64,000 nt of DNA. It comes from Eledone cirrhosa (taxonomy: Eukaryota). Where the stretch lies: the NCBI GenBank assembly GCA_964016885.1, contig OZ024744.1:56234001-56298000 (forward strand). Direction: 5' to 3'. The translations under genes and the position numbers were made by a program. Positions 52,811-64,000 of the stretch are shown piece by piece; the first letter of the stretch is position 1; each line of letters begins with the position of its first letter. The notes below the pieces were generated by a model. That model had not been told where the DNA came from. It ran no database searches and saw nothing but the letters and a program-made list of their open reading frames with translations.

Positions 52811-53279
52811 TCGTCCAACATATCAAGATAAGAATAATTCTTCCTAACATTGGCAAAACGCTAGCAATTTGTGAAGAGGGTAAAGTCAGTTATATCAAAC
52901 CCTGTATTTTACTGGTACTGGAATTGATATAATGATAAAAACCAAAGGATGTAAATTTGATGAAATCAACAACCAATTTTGGCTGATTTCAGCAATCTGA
53001 ATATTTTAACAAAATTTGCAATTTACAGAGACCAAACAACATATAATTAACACCATAAGCCTTCCAGTATGATATAAATGCTTTTATATTACTAAATTTC
53101 TTCAAATCGTTCATTTTTATTTTTAAAAAAAATAGTTTGAAACACATGGGCTCTATGTATTTCATTAGAAATATGGTAACAAAAGAGTTAACCAAAATTA
53201 TGGTCTACCTACATATCGAGTATCGGTGCTGATGATCTGCTAGTTGTTGAATGGTAGCCATACGTGACTGAAGACCTTT

Positions 53280-53613
53280 TTCCTTTTAATACCAAAATGT
53301 CTGGAATTGCCCTTGATACTATGATACAAATGTTTTTGGCAGTATCGGTAGAGGGTCGGACGTCATGCTTTGACACATAGAATTACAGCCCTTTCCATTC
53401 AAATCCCGCTGAGGTCAACTTTGCCTTTCATCCTTACGGGGTCGATAAAATAAAGTACCAGTAATGTACTGGGTAATTGTTGGCCTTGTGCCAAAAAGTA
53501 GAAACAATTATATTATATCTAAAAAAAACCTTCCATCATATTTCTTAATTATTTTCAAAAATATTAGAAAATCAAAGTGTTGTTTATTAAAAATATGGTA
53601 ACAAAAAGGTTAA
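53280..53613. mobile_element. piggyBac-like MITE carrying a SINE S1 insertion (53337-53515, +)
   Basis: MITE halves CCTTTTAATACCAAA.. and ..ATGGTAACAAAAAGGTTAA flank a plus-strand S1 copy. Confidence 0.7.
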
Positions 53614-54799
53614 TCACCAGAAATGGAGCCAAGTGGTAGACATCCAGTTATGTCAACCAATTGCTCTGAAGTGTACAACAATATTCCTTATTCTCTAGCA
53701 ACAGTTACATAAGAAATTTTATAAGACTTGTTAGTAGGGCTGGCTGCTTGTTGTTTTCTAATGTTTGCTCTAAAGGAATGGCCTATCTTTATAATTACTA
53801 CTCAGATATAGATAAGATAAACGGATTAATTAAAAGTTAAATAGTATGTCACCTGGAGGTCATAAAAAAAAACAACGTAAGTCATTAAAAAATAATTGAT
53901 AATTATAAACTCATTTCAATAACCATTCCACCACCACCCCACCCTTCTTTTGCAAACAAGGATTTGTTTGTTGTCTTAGGAGCAGAAAATAGTCTGCTTC
54001 CTGTTTATGCTGCCAAATAAGTAAATATGATATTTCCCTTCGGATGATGATAGCAGAATAAAAACAATATACTAGTGTAATGTATTATTAGTAATGACCA
54101 ACAAAACATACTCCATATAATGTGATAGTAAAAATTAGCATGCCATTTATTCATTATGACACTTTATTCAATTAATAACCTTGGTTACATAGCGTATTGT
54201 TCCTATTATTTTTATGGGTGCAGGCATTCATAATTTTCCAACAAAAATAACTAAATTTTCTGACAACAATTTTTCAGGGCCACTATATGGTTAATCACCG
54301 GGACTAAATCAAAAAAACTTTTAGATATATAATAACTAGCAATAACTTTACTAAAAATTTCTTTAACACCTACACAAACAAGCAGTAGCTATTAATGTCA
54401 TTATCTATTTAGCCATCCTTCATAACTGCTGTCATTTTGTGTCATAATCATCCTCATCATCATCATTTTAACCCTTCTGATGTCAAACCTCCTGAAACCA
54501 TCCCAGGTTATATGATACTAGGATGATAGTTATAATTATCTAAAAACTTTCAATCATAATTTTATGTAAGAACTTTTTTAGGTAATGCTTCAAACTCCAT
54601 ATTAATAATAATGTGAAAATTAAGTTATATAACTAAATCAGTTAAATGGTGTACAGCATCAGTTATCCCTAAGGAGGTATTAAGTAAAACAAAGAAATAT
54701 ATACGACGCTTAAAAATAAACAACTTGTTTAGCTGTTATTATCAAATATCAACCAAGATATAAAAAAAAACTAAATCCATTCAAATTCTTCATTATTTT

Positions 54800-55031
54800 C
54801 AACCTGTTTCATACCAAACTACCTGAAATCATATCAAGCTCTATGATACTAAGTTGACAATTTATATGTGTTTATATTTATCTAAAACTTTCCACCATAA
54901 TTTTATATAAGAACTTTTGTCAAGCTATGCTTTGTTAAGTTATTACTAATTCCTTCCAAATTGTGGATTATTTTCAAAATTAAGTGAAAATTTGTGTCTT
55001 TCATTGGAGATATGGTAACAAGAAGGTTTAA
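54800..55031. mobile_element. piggyBac-like MITE, decayed (a further partial copy begins at ~54468)
   Basis: Same internal sequence as the 14-kb family. Confidence 0.55.
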
Positions 55032-56502
55032 GTTCCATTTTCTCCATACTGGCATGGATTGGGTGGTTCTCACAATGACTTGTCATTTGTTATAGTTACT
55101 CATCATCAGACATATGCAACAACAAGGAAAAGCAGCCATTTGTTGTTGAATTTTCATCATGAGTAGTGTCCAAGTTGTTTGAATAATGGAACAGCCTGCT
55201 CATGAAATTAATGTGTAAGTGGCTGACTGAGCATTCCATAGATAAATGTCCCCTTAATGTAATTCTTAGAGAAATTCAGCATGACAAATTTTGTGACAAG
55301 GATGGCTTTTGAATTACAAACACAATTCATCCAATGGACTACCAAACAGTTTCTGACTACCTGATTTCACTCACAAGGTATGGATTAACCTGAGGCTACG
55401 GTAAATGACATGCAATATGATTGAACACAGAACCTAATGATTGTAAAGTGAACTTCTTAACCATTTGGCCACACTACGTCCATTGTGTTACTTTGGACAA
55501 ATTGTCTTTGACAAGATTAAAGCACCTCTTCTCTCTACATTTTGTTACCTTTTTTTAATTATAAAGTTTAAAATATCAGTGAGAGATTTAAAAAAAGCTC
55601 ATCATTCAACCATAATTACACACTTTAATCAATCAATCAATCAATCAAGCAAGCAACAGCATCATCATCAACAACAACATCACCACCACCACCACCATCA
55701 ATGTTGCCATAATCAACATTGTCACCATCATCAAACTATATACTCCATGAATGAGACTATATATATGACTCCCACAGTTATTACAACATAACTAATGTAC
55801 AGAAGTTTGGTAAACACACACAGATATACATATACATAGACATTAAGGCGTGTTGGATAGGCTAATTGGACTAATGATCATAGGTATGGGGTTTATTTAT
55901 TGAACAGAGCAGCATGTTGTGTCTTTGAAGTAAGACACTTTATCTGACATTTCCCCAACTCTCCACTCATGGGTAGGAGGGGAGGGGCATACATTTTTGT
56001 CAGGTTGATGTCCCATCCAGCAGGGTGATCTTGTACTAACAGTCAGTTAAGACCATTAAAACTGGGCTCTCAACAGAATCTAACCTTTACACACACACAC
56101 ACACAATTAATATAATAAATTAAAATGAAATTTCATAATTTTCTTCACATCTTAATATAGAGCCCCAGAGTTATGTATGATTATTTTAAGTCATTAAAGA
56201 GATAGAACTTGTGTCATATGGATCCAGAGATACACCGACTGCCAATGTTAATTTTACATTTCCACAGTTGAATAATACAGACACCTTTCAACTATGATGC
56301 TCATAAAAGAAATCATCATTATTATTATTAAATTTATTTTCCTATTTTTTTATATATATTTTATTTTTATATTTTTTCATTGTTAAATTGGTTTTGTTAT
56401 TGTGCATTTTCACTCAATCTTATTGAAAACCCCCCTCTGTTCCTGTCTTTGAATTGTCCCCTATTGTGGCCAATAACTGAAATCATTATTATTATCATCA
56501 TA

Positions 56503-56700
56503 AGGGCGGTGGATTGTCAGTATCGGTAGAGAGTCGGACGCCATGCTTTCCGGCATAGAGTTACGTCCCTTTACGGACTGAGTTCAAATTTCGCCGAGGT
56601 TAACTTTGCCTTTCTTGCTTACGGGGTCGATAAAATAAAGTACCAGTAATGCAATGGGGTAATTGCTGGCCTTGTACCAAAAGTAGAAACAATTATTATT
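56503..56700 (+). mobile_element. SINE S1 copy
   Basis: Full length with an (ATT)n tail. Confidence 0.92.
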
Positions 56701-57347
56701 ATCATTTATTTCTTTTTTTAAATTGTTTTATTATTTTTGATTTTGTACATTTGGAAGGAGGAAGGGGCCATGATTACACAGGCCAAACAAGACCACTGGA
56801 ACTGGATGCCATTGAATGTTTCTGCTTAAACTATTGCTTTGTCTCTCCATTTCTTTTGGAGAGACAATAGCAGAGCCATGAGTTCCAGGGTCGACATTCT
56901 GTAGAGTAAAGAGGACTGGGTGTAGTGGTTAATGATGGGCTATCATGGATGGGGAGGTGGGGCAGAAACATGAATTGTGAGAGGAGAAGGAGGAGTCATG
57001 GGATCAGTTAACTCCAAACAGCAGAGACCATTGTTGTAATGGCAGAAGAGACAGAGAGAGATTTTAAGGAATGTTTAACACATTTTAAAACTAAGGGAAA
57101 TATTGTTAAATATAATATAATATATTATTTACAAACACACACACACAATACAAAAACAACAAACAAGAAAATCAGACAAATACAAATCTTGACAAAAGAG
57201 ATAAAATTAATTAATGGCGTGAAGGGTGGGGGTGCAGTGAAGTGTTATTTTATTGGGGGGGGGGTTATTTGGCGGGTGAATGTGTGTCCCAAAACTAACA
57301 CCTGAATTAAGGCACAGTAATAAATGAATAGAGTATCTTAATGTAGG

Positions 57348-57352
<5 letters not shown>

Positions 57353-57408
<56 letters not shown>
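57353..57408. repeat. (GT)n(GA)n microsatellite
   Basis: Direct reading. Confidence 0.95.
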
Positions 57409-58750
57409 AACTGCTTATGTATGTAACTGACAAACTATTTTATAAACTAAAATTACAGTCATCACTCCCAATCAAGTATAACCTGTTAGTATATACCATG
57501 CTTTCACTAAGAGCTGCCAACCTCTAAAAACCCAAACGAGGAGTACCATTAAAAAAGTACCCAAAGTTGACAGGTCTGACACTCTAATGACTATTGCCAA
57601 ATCAATCAGAATAAACTATTTAATATAGTTATTTTTACTGGATTAATATATGAGTATTGATGAAGATATGTATAAAACAACTGCAATTTGGTGTAAAGCA
57701 GGGTTACTAAACACACGGACTCATCATTGATATCAGGGCTGGTGCTTTAAGTCCTAGAAATGAAAATCTGAAATCAAAGCCTCCAAAAGTTTACTCTGTC
57801 TGTTGGAGATCAGAGACAGCCCCTTTTTGTTTTCTAGGCCCCCTATATAAACAGTTGTTGCTCCTGGCTTTTCCCTAGACTTCTGCTTCAATATACATTT
57901 GCCAGCACCCTAATGGTGTCAGTATGGGGGGGAGGAAACTTAAGTATTGGGGGGTCTGCTGGTCACAGCTTTGTCCAGTGTGAGGTATGTGGGGTAGAGC
58001 ATTGGTGAAGGCTGCATGTAGATATAGACGAATGAATCTATTCTGCTTGACTGGCTTCAAAGGGGTGCATTACTAAATGATCCAGGTTTTATACATATCT
58101 GCATATCTAAATTAAATATATAATAATTTCCTGTAATCAATAAATATCTTTGCTGCATAGAAGAATTGAGGAAATATCGAAAGCAGTGGAGAGTTTCATA
58201 TAGTGTTATTACATGTCACATGATTTTGCATGGGTGAGTATGGATTGTGTAGTAGAAAATGTAATTTTCTTGGTATGGTCAGAGCCAGAAGTTTCAAAAA
58301 CTAGGTTTGTCAGCTTACTAAACTGTAAGTTGAAATTATTTTATTTAGGAGAATTTATTTGGGTGCAAATTACCCAAGTTCTAGCTATTGGTAATGTACT
58401 GTATCTATTCATGTTGTAGTAAACACACACTATGACATAGATAGATACAGGTTGGTCGTCCAGCAAAAAAAAAAAAAAACTGAAAAAAAAAACCCTTCAT
58501 CAACTAGCTCTTTACTAAGATAGAATGTTACTATGCTGACCTCTTGAATTGCTATGAAGGATTGGGTGGGTGTGACTGAGGTGAACAAATCTGTGCAAAC
58601 TGGTCCAGATGACAAAACACATCAAATAAATACGTTTAATTACTTTCAATTATACATCAATCCACTTCAGAGCATTTCTAACAGCGATCCACTCTAATTA
58701 CACAACATATAAATCACACACACACACTCATATATATATATATATATATA

Positions 58751-58798
58751 TCATCATCATCATTTTACGTCCGTTTTTCCCTGCTTGCAAGGGTGGGA
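58751..58798 (-). mobile_element. RTE family A extreme 3' stub in a (TA)n tract
   Basis: The reverse complement TCCCACCCTTGCAAGCAGGGAAAAACGGACGTAAAATGATGATG matches 37081-37125. Confidence 0.9.
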
Positions 58799-58799
58799 C

Positions 58800-58832
<33 letters not shown>

Positions 58833-58836
58833 ATAT

Positions 58837-58893
<57 letters not shown>

Positions 58894-58896
<3 letters not shown>

Positions 58897-59011
58897 ATAG
58901 ATAACGAGGAATCAGTGATGCATTAGAAGACAATTTATTAACATATTACATATATCCGACAATCATATAAATTGTATTTTAATGCATCACTGATTCCTTG
59001 TTATCTATAAT
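58894..59011. mobile_element. Short foldback/MITE-like element
   Basis: Inverted arms ATTATAGATAAC(G/A)AGGAATCAGTGATGCATTA, extending with mismatches to ~45 bp. Confidence 0.75.
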
Positions 59012-59084
59012 AATATACTCTGCTCTGCGTGAGCATCAAGTGCTCAAATAGCATCCTGCCTACGGACGCATTTATTGCAGCCTT

Positions 59085-59127
<43 letters not shown>

Positions 59128-59204
59128 ATATATATATAATCTATATTAAATAGACACACATATATATACATATATATATAAATAGACACACATATATATA
59201 TATA

Positions 59205-59395
59205 TAATTGTTTCTACCTTTGGCACAAGGCCAGCAATTACCCAGTGTATTACTGGTACTTTATTTTATCGACCCCGTAAGGATGAAAGGCAAAGTTAAC
59301 CTTGGCGGGATTTGAACTCAGACTATAAAGGGCCGTAACTCTTTGCTGCAAAGCATGGCGTCTGACCCTCTACCGATACTGCCAATCCACTGCCA
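59205..59395 (-). mobile_element. SINE S1 copy in (TA)n
   Basis: Full-length match. Confidence 0.92.
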
Positions 59396-59460
59396 CATAT
59401 ATATATAATCTATATTAAATAGACACATACACACACACATATATATATATATATATGTCA

Positions 59461-59507
<47 letters not shown>

Positions 59508-59509
59508 AA

Positions 59510-59690
59510 CTCCTTTGGGAGCCCCTACATGGACACACTAGAAGAGGAAGACCAAGGTTAACATATGTTGATGCCCTAAGGACAGACACTGGTCTGTTGG
59601 AGATGCAGGATATGGCAGCGATAATGAGGGACAGAGACCGCTGGAGAGAACTCGTCCATGGATCTCGGGAATTTTACCCGCCTTAGATAG

Positions 59691-59692
<2 letters not shown>
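59510..59692 (+). mobile_element. RTE-like family C 3' fragment
   Basis: Nearly identical to the reverse complement of 39200-39385 (LWEPLHGHTRRGRP..EFYPP*). (TAGA) tail. Confidence 0.92.
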
Positions 59693-59723
<31 letters not shown>

Positions 59724-59932
59724 TAATCATTTTACATCCACTTTCCATGCTGGCATGGATTGGACAGGCTGCCAGAAATTAGACAGGTCAGATTAATCTT
59801 TAGAGAATGAACTGGGTGTAACACACACACACACATATATATCTGCTTGGGAACCCCCCCAAAAATGTCCAACCCTTGCTAGCAGGAAACATTAAAACAG
59901 CAATGACGATGATTATGAAGATGATGATATAC

Positions 59933-59975
<43 letters not shown>

Positions 59976-59983
<8 letters not shown>

Positions 59984-60106
59984 GTTCATACATGGAACTA
60001 AAGCTGCATATACAAACACACACACATATATACATATGCACATACATTGTGTGTATGTGTGTGTGTTTGTATATGCTGCTTTAGTTCCATGTATGAACAT
60101 AAATAT
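59976..60106. repeat. Near-perfect ~53-bp inverted repeat
   Basis: ATATTTATGTTCATACATGGAACTAAAGC(T/A)GCATATACAAACACACACACATA on both strands with one mismatch. Confidence 0.9.
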
Positions 60107-60409
60107 TTATATATATTTATTCATACATATATATATATCATCATCATCATCATCATATCATAACATTGTGGTTTGACAAAAAGCAATAGATAAAATAAGT
60201 AACAGGCTTAAAAAAAATATGAATCTAAACTATAATAAAGGAATGTCTGCGGGACTGCGTACGGTTTTTTTGTTTTTTTTATCCCGTTAGTAAAATAAGT
60301 TGGATTACTTTGAATAAATAATGAATGAATATTTCATAATTTATCTACTAAATTTCGTAAACAAAAATAATTTCGTAAAAATAAATAATTTAAAATTGAC
60401 TTCTTTTCA

Positions 60410-60510
60410 AAGTTGCACTTCCGGTATATTGTTGCAACCACCACCACCACTTCAACTACCATATATATAGAAAGAGTGTGTGATGTCAACACTTCCGGTG
60501 GCGATCACTT
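60410..60510. promoter_or_regulatory. Candidate promoter with paired ETS/GABP-type motifs
   Basis: CACTTCCGGT at 60416-60425 and 60490-60499 in a locally CpG-richer, non-repetitive stretch. Confidence 0.35.
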
Positions 60511-62288
60511 AAATAAGCATATTAATTTTCTCCTAATGCAGTTTATATATGGATTACGTTACTGATTACATAAGACTGATTACATAACAATGTCTTCGTT
60601 CAATTTCTGTTTATATTGTCAATTACGATTGTATTTGATGTATCATATCTACATGTAATATATACTTACGTATATCAATATACACACTACACATGCTAGC
60701 AGAAAACCACCCGTTTTCTGCTAGTCCACATAATTGATTAAAATCCCTTCAAGGCAATGTCCCAACATAACTACCACAATCAAATGATTGAAACCACTAA
60801 AAAATATATATAATAATTGTAGTTTAAGAATAATGTGGGAAGTAATTGGAAGAACATAGCTATTACAAAGGTATATTAAGACTGTGTATAGTGAGCTCAA
60901 AATAAGACACATGTAATGCTTGCTGCCTTTTATTGATTGACTTTTTGGGGGGTAAATTTTTTTTCTTTTTCTTTTTTCAATCTATATATAAATTTGAGCG
61001 ACTTCTGTCCGTCCATCCGTCACACAATGTGTGTGTGTGTTTGTTTGTGCGAATGTAAGTGTGTGTAAAAGGAAGGAAGGGGATGGTGAAAAAACTATAG
61101 CAAAACAGCGACTGGCGTTCCATTTGCTATGCTGTGTGTGTGTTTATGTGAATGTATGTGTGTGTTTGTGTGAATGTATGTCTGTGAGTGTGTATTTTTG
61201 TAAGTGTGTCAGTGTTTGCGTGTTTGCACATACATATACACATACGCGTCAGCTTGTTGAAAAAACTTCTAGTAAATGAAAAGATAGCCCAGTGAATATT
61301 GCAATTAGTAGGTCACTATGTGAGACATCCCAAAGAAATGGCCTCAATTCTAGTGCTACGGCAACCAACACAAGGACGGGTTAACTTGTGGGTGACAAGC
61401 CATTAACTTTATTGACATACACCAGTCTGAATATAATATTAGAAATAAAAAAAACAATGAAGGTGGAGCGAGATGTCCAGCACGAGTATAGTTCCCTGGT
61501 TTGATCAGATGATCATCTATGATGGGTTGGCAAGGTAATTGAAAAATTAAAACAAAATTATACTCTTTCAATAGACATTATATATGTTGTTTATTTTCTA
61601 AATAAAAAAAAAAACAACAATAGATATTTAATTAAATTAATGAATTAATTCCCTGAAATACCACAACATTCTAATGATTCTGCTAATTTGTTGTCACCTT
61701 ACACAAAAATTAATTTTTTTCTTTCTTATGTAAACTTGCCAACTATTTTATTTGGTGGAATATTAGACTGTCCCAACCCCCTCCCAAACAAAAATGATTA
61801 AAATAAATATCACCTAGGTCTTATATGTGAAGTTGAGAAATGAATAACATTAAATACTTATATGTAAACACATACATTTCTTTCCTTAATATTCTCAGCT
61901 AAAATGGAAGTAAGAGTCCTATATACCATACATTATAGTATATAATAATTTAACTTTCTCCTAAACCTATTTTTCTTCAGTTGTAATGTCACAAGATGAA
62001 GCCTGCACCAAAAAGTTTCACCCATCCTTCTTTATTAGATCTTATAGCCCTTCTGAATAACACAATCAGCCTTTGGTAACCCACTAACCTCCAAAAGTCC
62101 ACCTGAACATTAATGAACAGTCTTTCCCCATTAAACTAATTTATATATATATATATATTTACAGTGTATATATCACACACACATATATGTGTATACATAT
62201 TTTTTTTCTTCTTTGCGAGTCATACCTCCATCGAAGGTAAAGCATTCATTTTTCTTTTTTTAATGGCCATATATATACACACATACAC

Positions 62289-63063
62289 AGTAGCCAGAGT
62301 AAGAATGGAATGGAGAAAGTTCAGGGAGCTACTATCACTGTTAGCTACAAAAGTTTTTTTCCATTAAAAAGAAGGGCAGATTGTACGATGCATGTATACG
62401 AACAGCAATGTTGCATGGTAGTGAGACATGGACATTGTGTACAGAGGACCTGAGAAGATTGGAAAGAAATGAAGCATACAAGCTCTGATGGATGTATAAT
62501 AACAATATACATGAACAGCAAAGCGTAAATGAACTGAGAGAGAAATTGGGCATAAGAGGGATCAGATGCAGTGTGCAGGAGAGGAGATTGTGTTGGTATG
62601 GACATGTGATGTGTATGAAGGATGACAGCTGTATAAAAAGGTGCAGGGCAATCAAAGTTGATGGAAGCTATGGAGAAAGAAGACCCAGGAAGACCAACAT
62701 TGTAAAGTGGTCGTGTAGGTGTCACAACAAAAAAACACCCAGTCCACACTGCAAAGTGGTCGTGTAGGTGTCACGACAAAAAGCATCCAGTACAGACTGT
62801 AAAGTGGTCGTGTAGGTGTCACGACAAAAAGCATCCAGTACAGACTGTAAAGTGGTCGTGTAGGTGTCACGACAAAAAGCATCCACCACACACTGTAAAT
62901 GTGGTTGGCATTAGGAAGGGCATCCAGCCATAGAAACCTAGTCAGAAACAGTTCTATATGAGCAAGACATGGTCACCTGACCCGACTTGCCTCTAATGAG
63001 ACAAACCTGTCTAACACATGTTAGCATGGTAAATGGACATTAAACGATGATGATGATGATGAT
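62289..63063 (+). mobile_element. RTE-clade LINE family B-like 3' fragment with a 48-bp tandem array in its 3' UTR
   Basis: ARVRMEWRKFRELL, QERRLCWYGHV, RPRKT. Four 48-bp units at 62700-62900. (GAT)n tail. Confidence 0.9.
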
Positions 63064-63649
63064 ATAAGTAAAAAACATGAAAAAGACAGTATTAGATTAT
63101 CAATTCTTGGGCTTATAGTATATTAGTATAACACATATAAGAAGTTAGAAAAGAGACTTAATATTTTGGATGCTAGTCCTTCATTCGAAGATAGATATAC
63201 AGAACAGAATAGTTGCTTTGAAGAAGGAAGTAAAAAGGAAAACAGAAAGAATTGAAAACATGTAATTGCTAATCCTATGTAAATTCTAATCAAATATCGA
63301 CTGAAGATAACATCCAGAGATGCTTGCAACATGAAAAACAATTAGTAAAGTGGGCATACTTAAGATCAAAGTCATTCCCCTACAACCCCAGTATTTATAT
63401 TTTTAATTAATTCCAATTCAATGGGTTATCCCCCCTACCTTTCTTGATGAGAATCAGTAATGAATATGCATGATTCGTTCTCCTCTTCCCAGGTATAATT
63501 CTAATTAAAATTTCTTAACTCGCTGTATTAAGTATGCTATTGCCCACTTTGTCATATTGTTGTCATTATCATCAACATCATCATAATTTTATGTCCACTT
63601 TCTATGTTGTCATGATATATATGATTGAATATGTTTTACATCATACAAT

Positions 63650-63671
63650 ACACACACTCATGCACACGCAC

Positions 63672-63760
<89 letters not shown>

Positions 63761-63883
63761 ATATATATACATACATACATACAAACACACATATATATAT
63801 ACAAACACAATTTATCTGTTTAAGCAGGAAATCAGACAGTAGCCAAGCCAATATTAAGTAAATATATATATATATATATAAAC

Positions 63884-63917
<34 letters not shown>

Positions 63918-63950
63918 ACAACAACAACAACAATAATAATAATAATAATA
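63650..63950. repeat. (CA)n, (TA)n, (CAA)n, (TAA)n microsatellite cluster
   Basis: Direct reading. Confidence 0.95.
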
Positions 63951-64000
63951 GTTTCATTTATTGACCACAAGGGCCGACATATAGGGGACAATACAAAAGA
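63951..64000 (-). mobile_element. 3' end of an (ATT)n-tailed retroelement, cut by the window edge
   Basis: The reverse complement ATTGTCCCCTAT..TGTGGTCAATAAATGAAACTATTATT resembles 56452-56495 (+). Confidence 0.5.

Noticed and set aside
57875-58615. Short minus-strand ORFs in non-repetitive DNA
   Set aside because: No recognisable domain or strong splice signals, so they cannot be supported as exons.

Overview
AT-rich, repeat-dominated eukaryotic (animal) DNA. The SINE, RTE-LINE and microsatellite content looks octopus/cephalopod-like, which is an inference and is not proven here. No intact host protein-coding gene can be supported. The centre (~18.26-48.38 kb) is a ~30-kb (TAATA)n pentanucleotide array. 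It has higher-order duplications, a local inversion, nested variant blocks, 18 copies or fragments of one ~190-bp tRNA-type SINE (17 of them on the minus strand) and several 5'-truncated LINEs. The flanks hold decayed non-LTR retrotransposons (RTE, R4/Dong-like RLE elements sitting in (TAA)n, Tx1/L1, CR1/L2), TTAA-flanked piggyBac-like MITEs, foldback elements, a 43-bp minisatellite and Penelope-like remnants with degenerate minimal hammerhead motifs. Four observations stand out. (1) An RTE-clade reverse transcriptase carries a complete C4HC3 PHD-type finger inserted inside the RT domain, in two copies. (2) The SINE shows near-absolute strand polarity inside the pentamer array but not outside it. 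(3) Hammerhead-like motifs sit at the array's left border. (4) R4/Dong-like elements are consistently embedded in (TAA)n. The long Tyr/Ile/Leu ORFs in the track are artefacts of the satellite.
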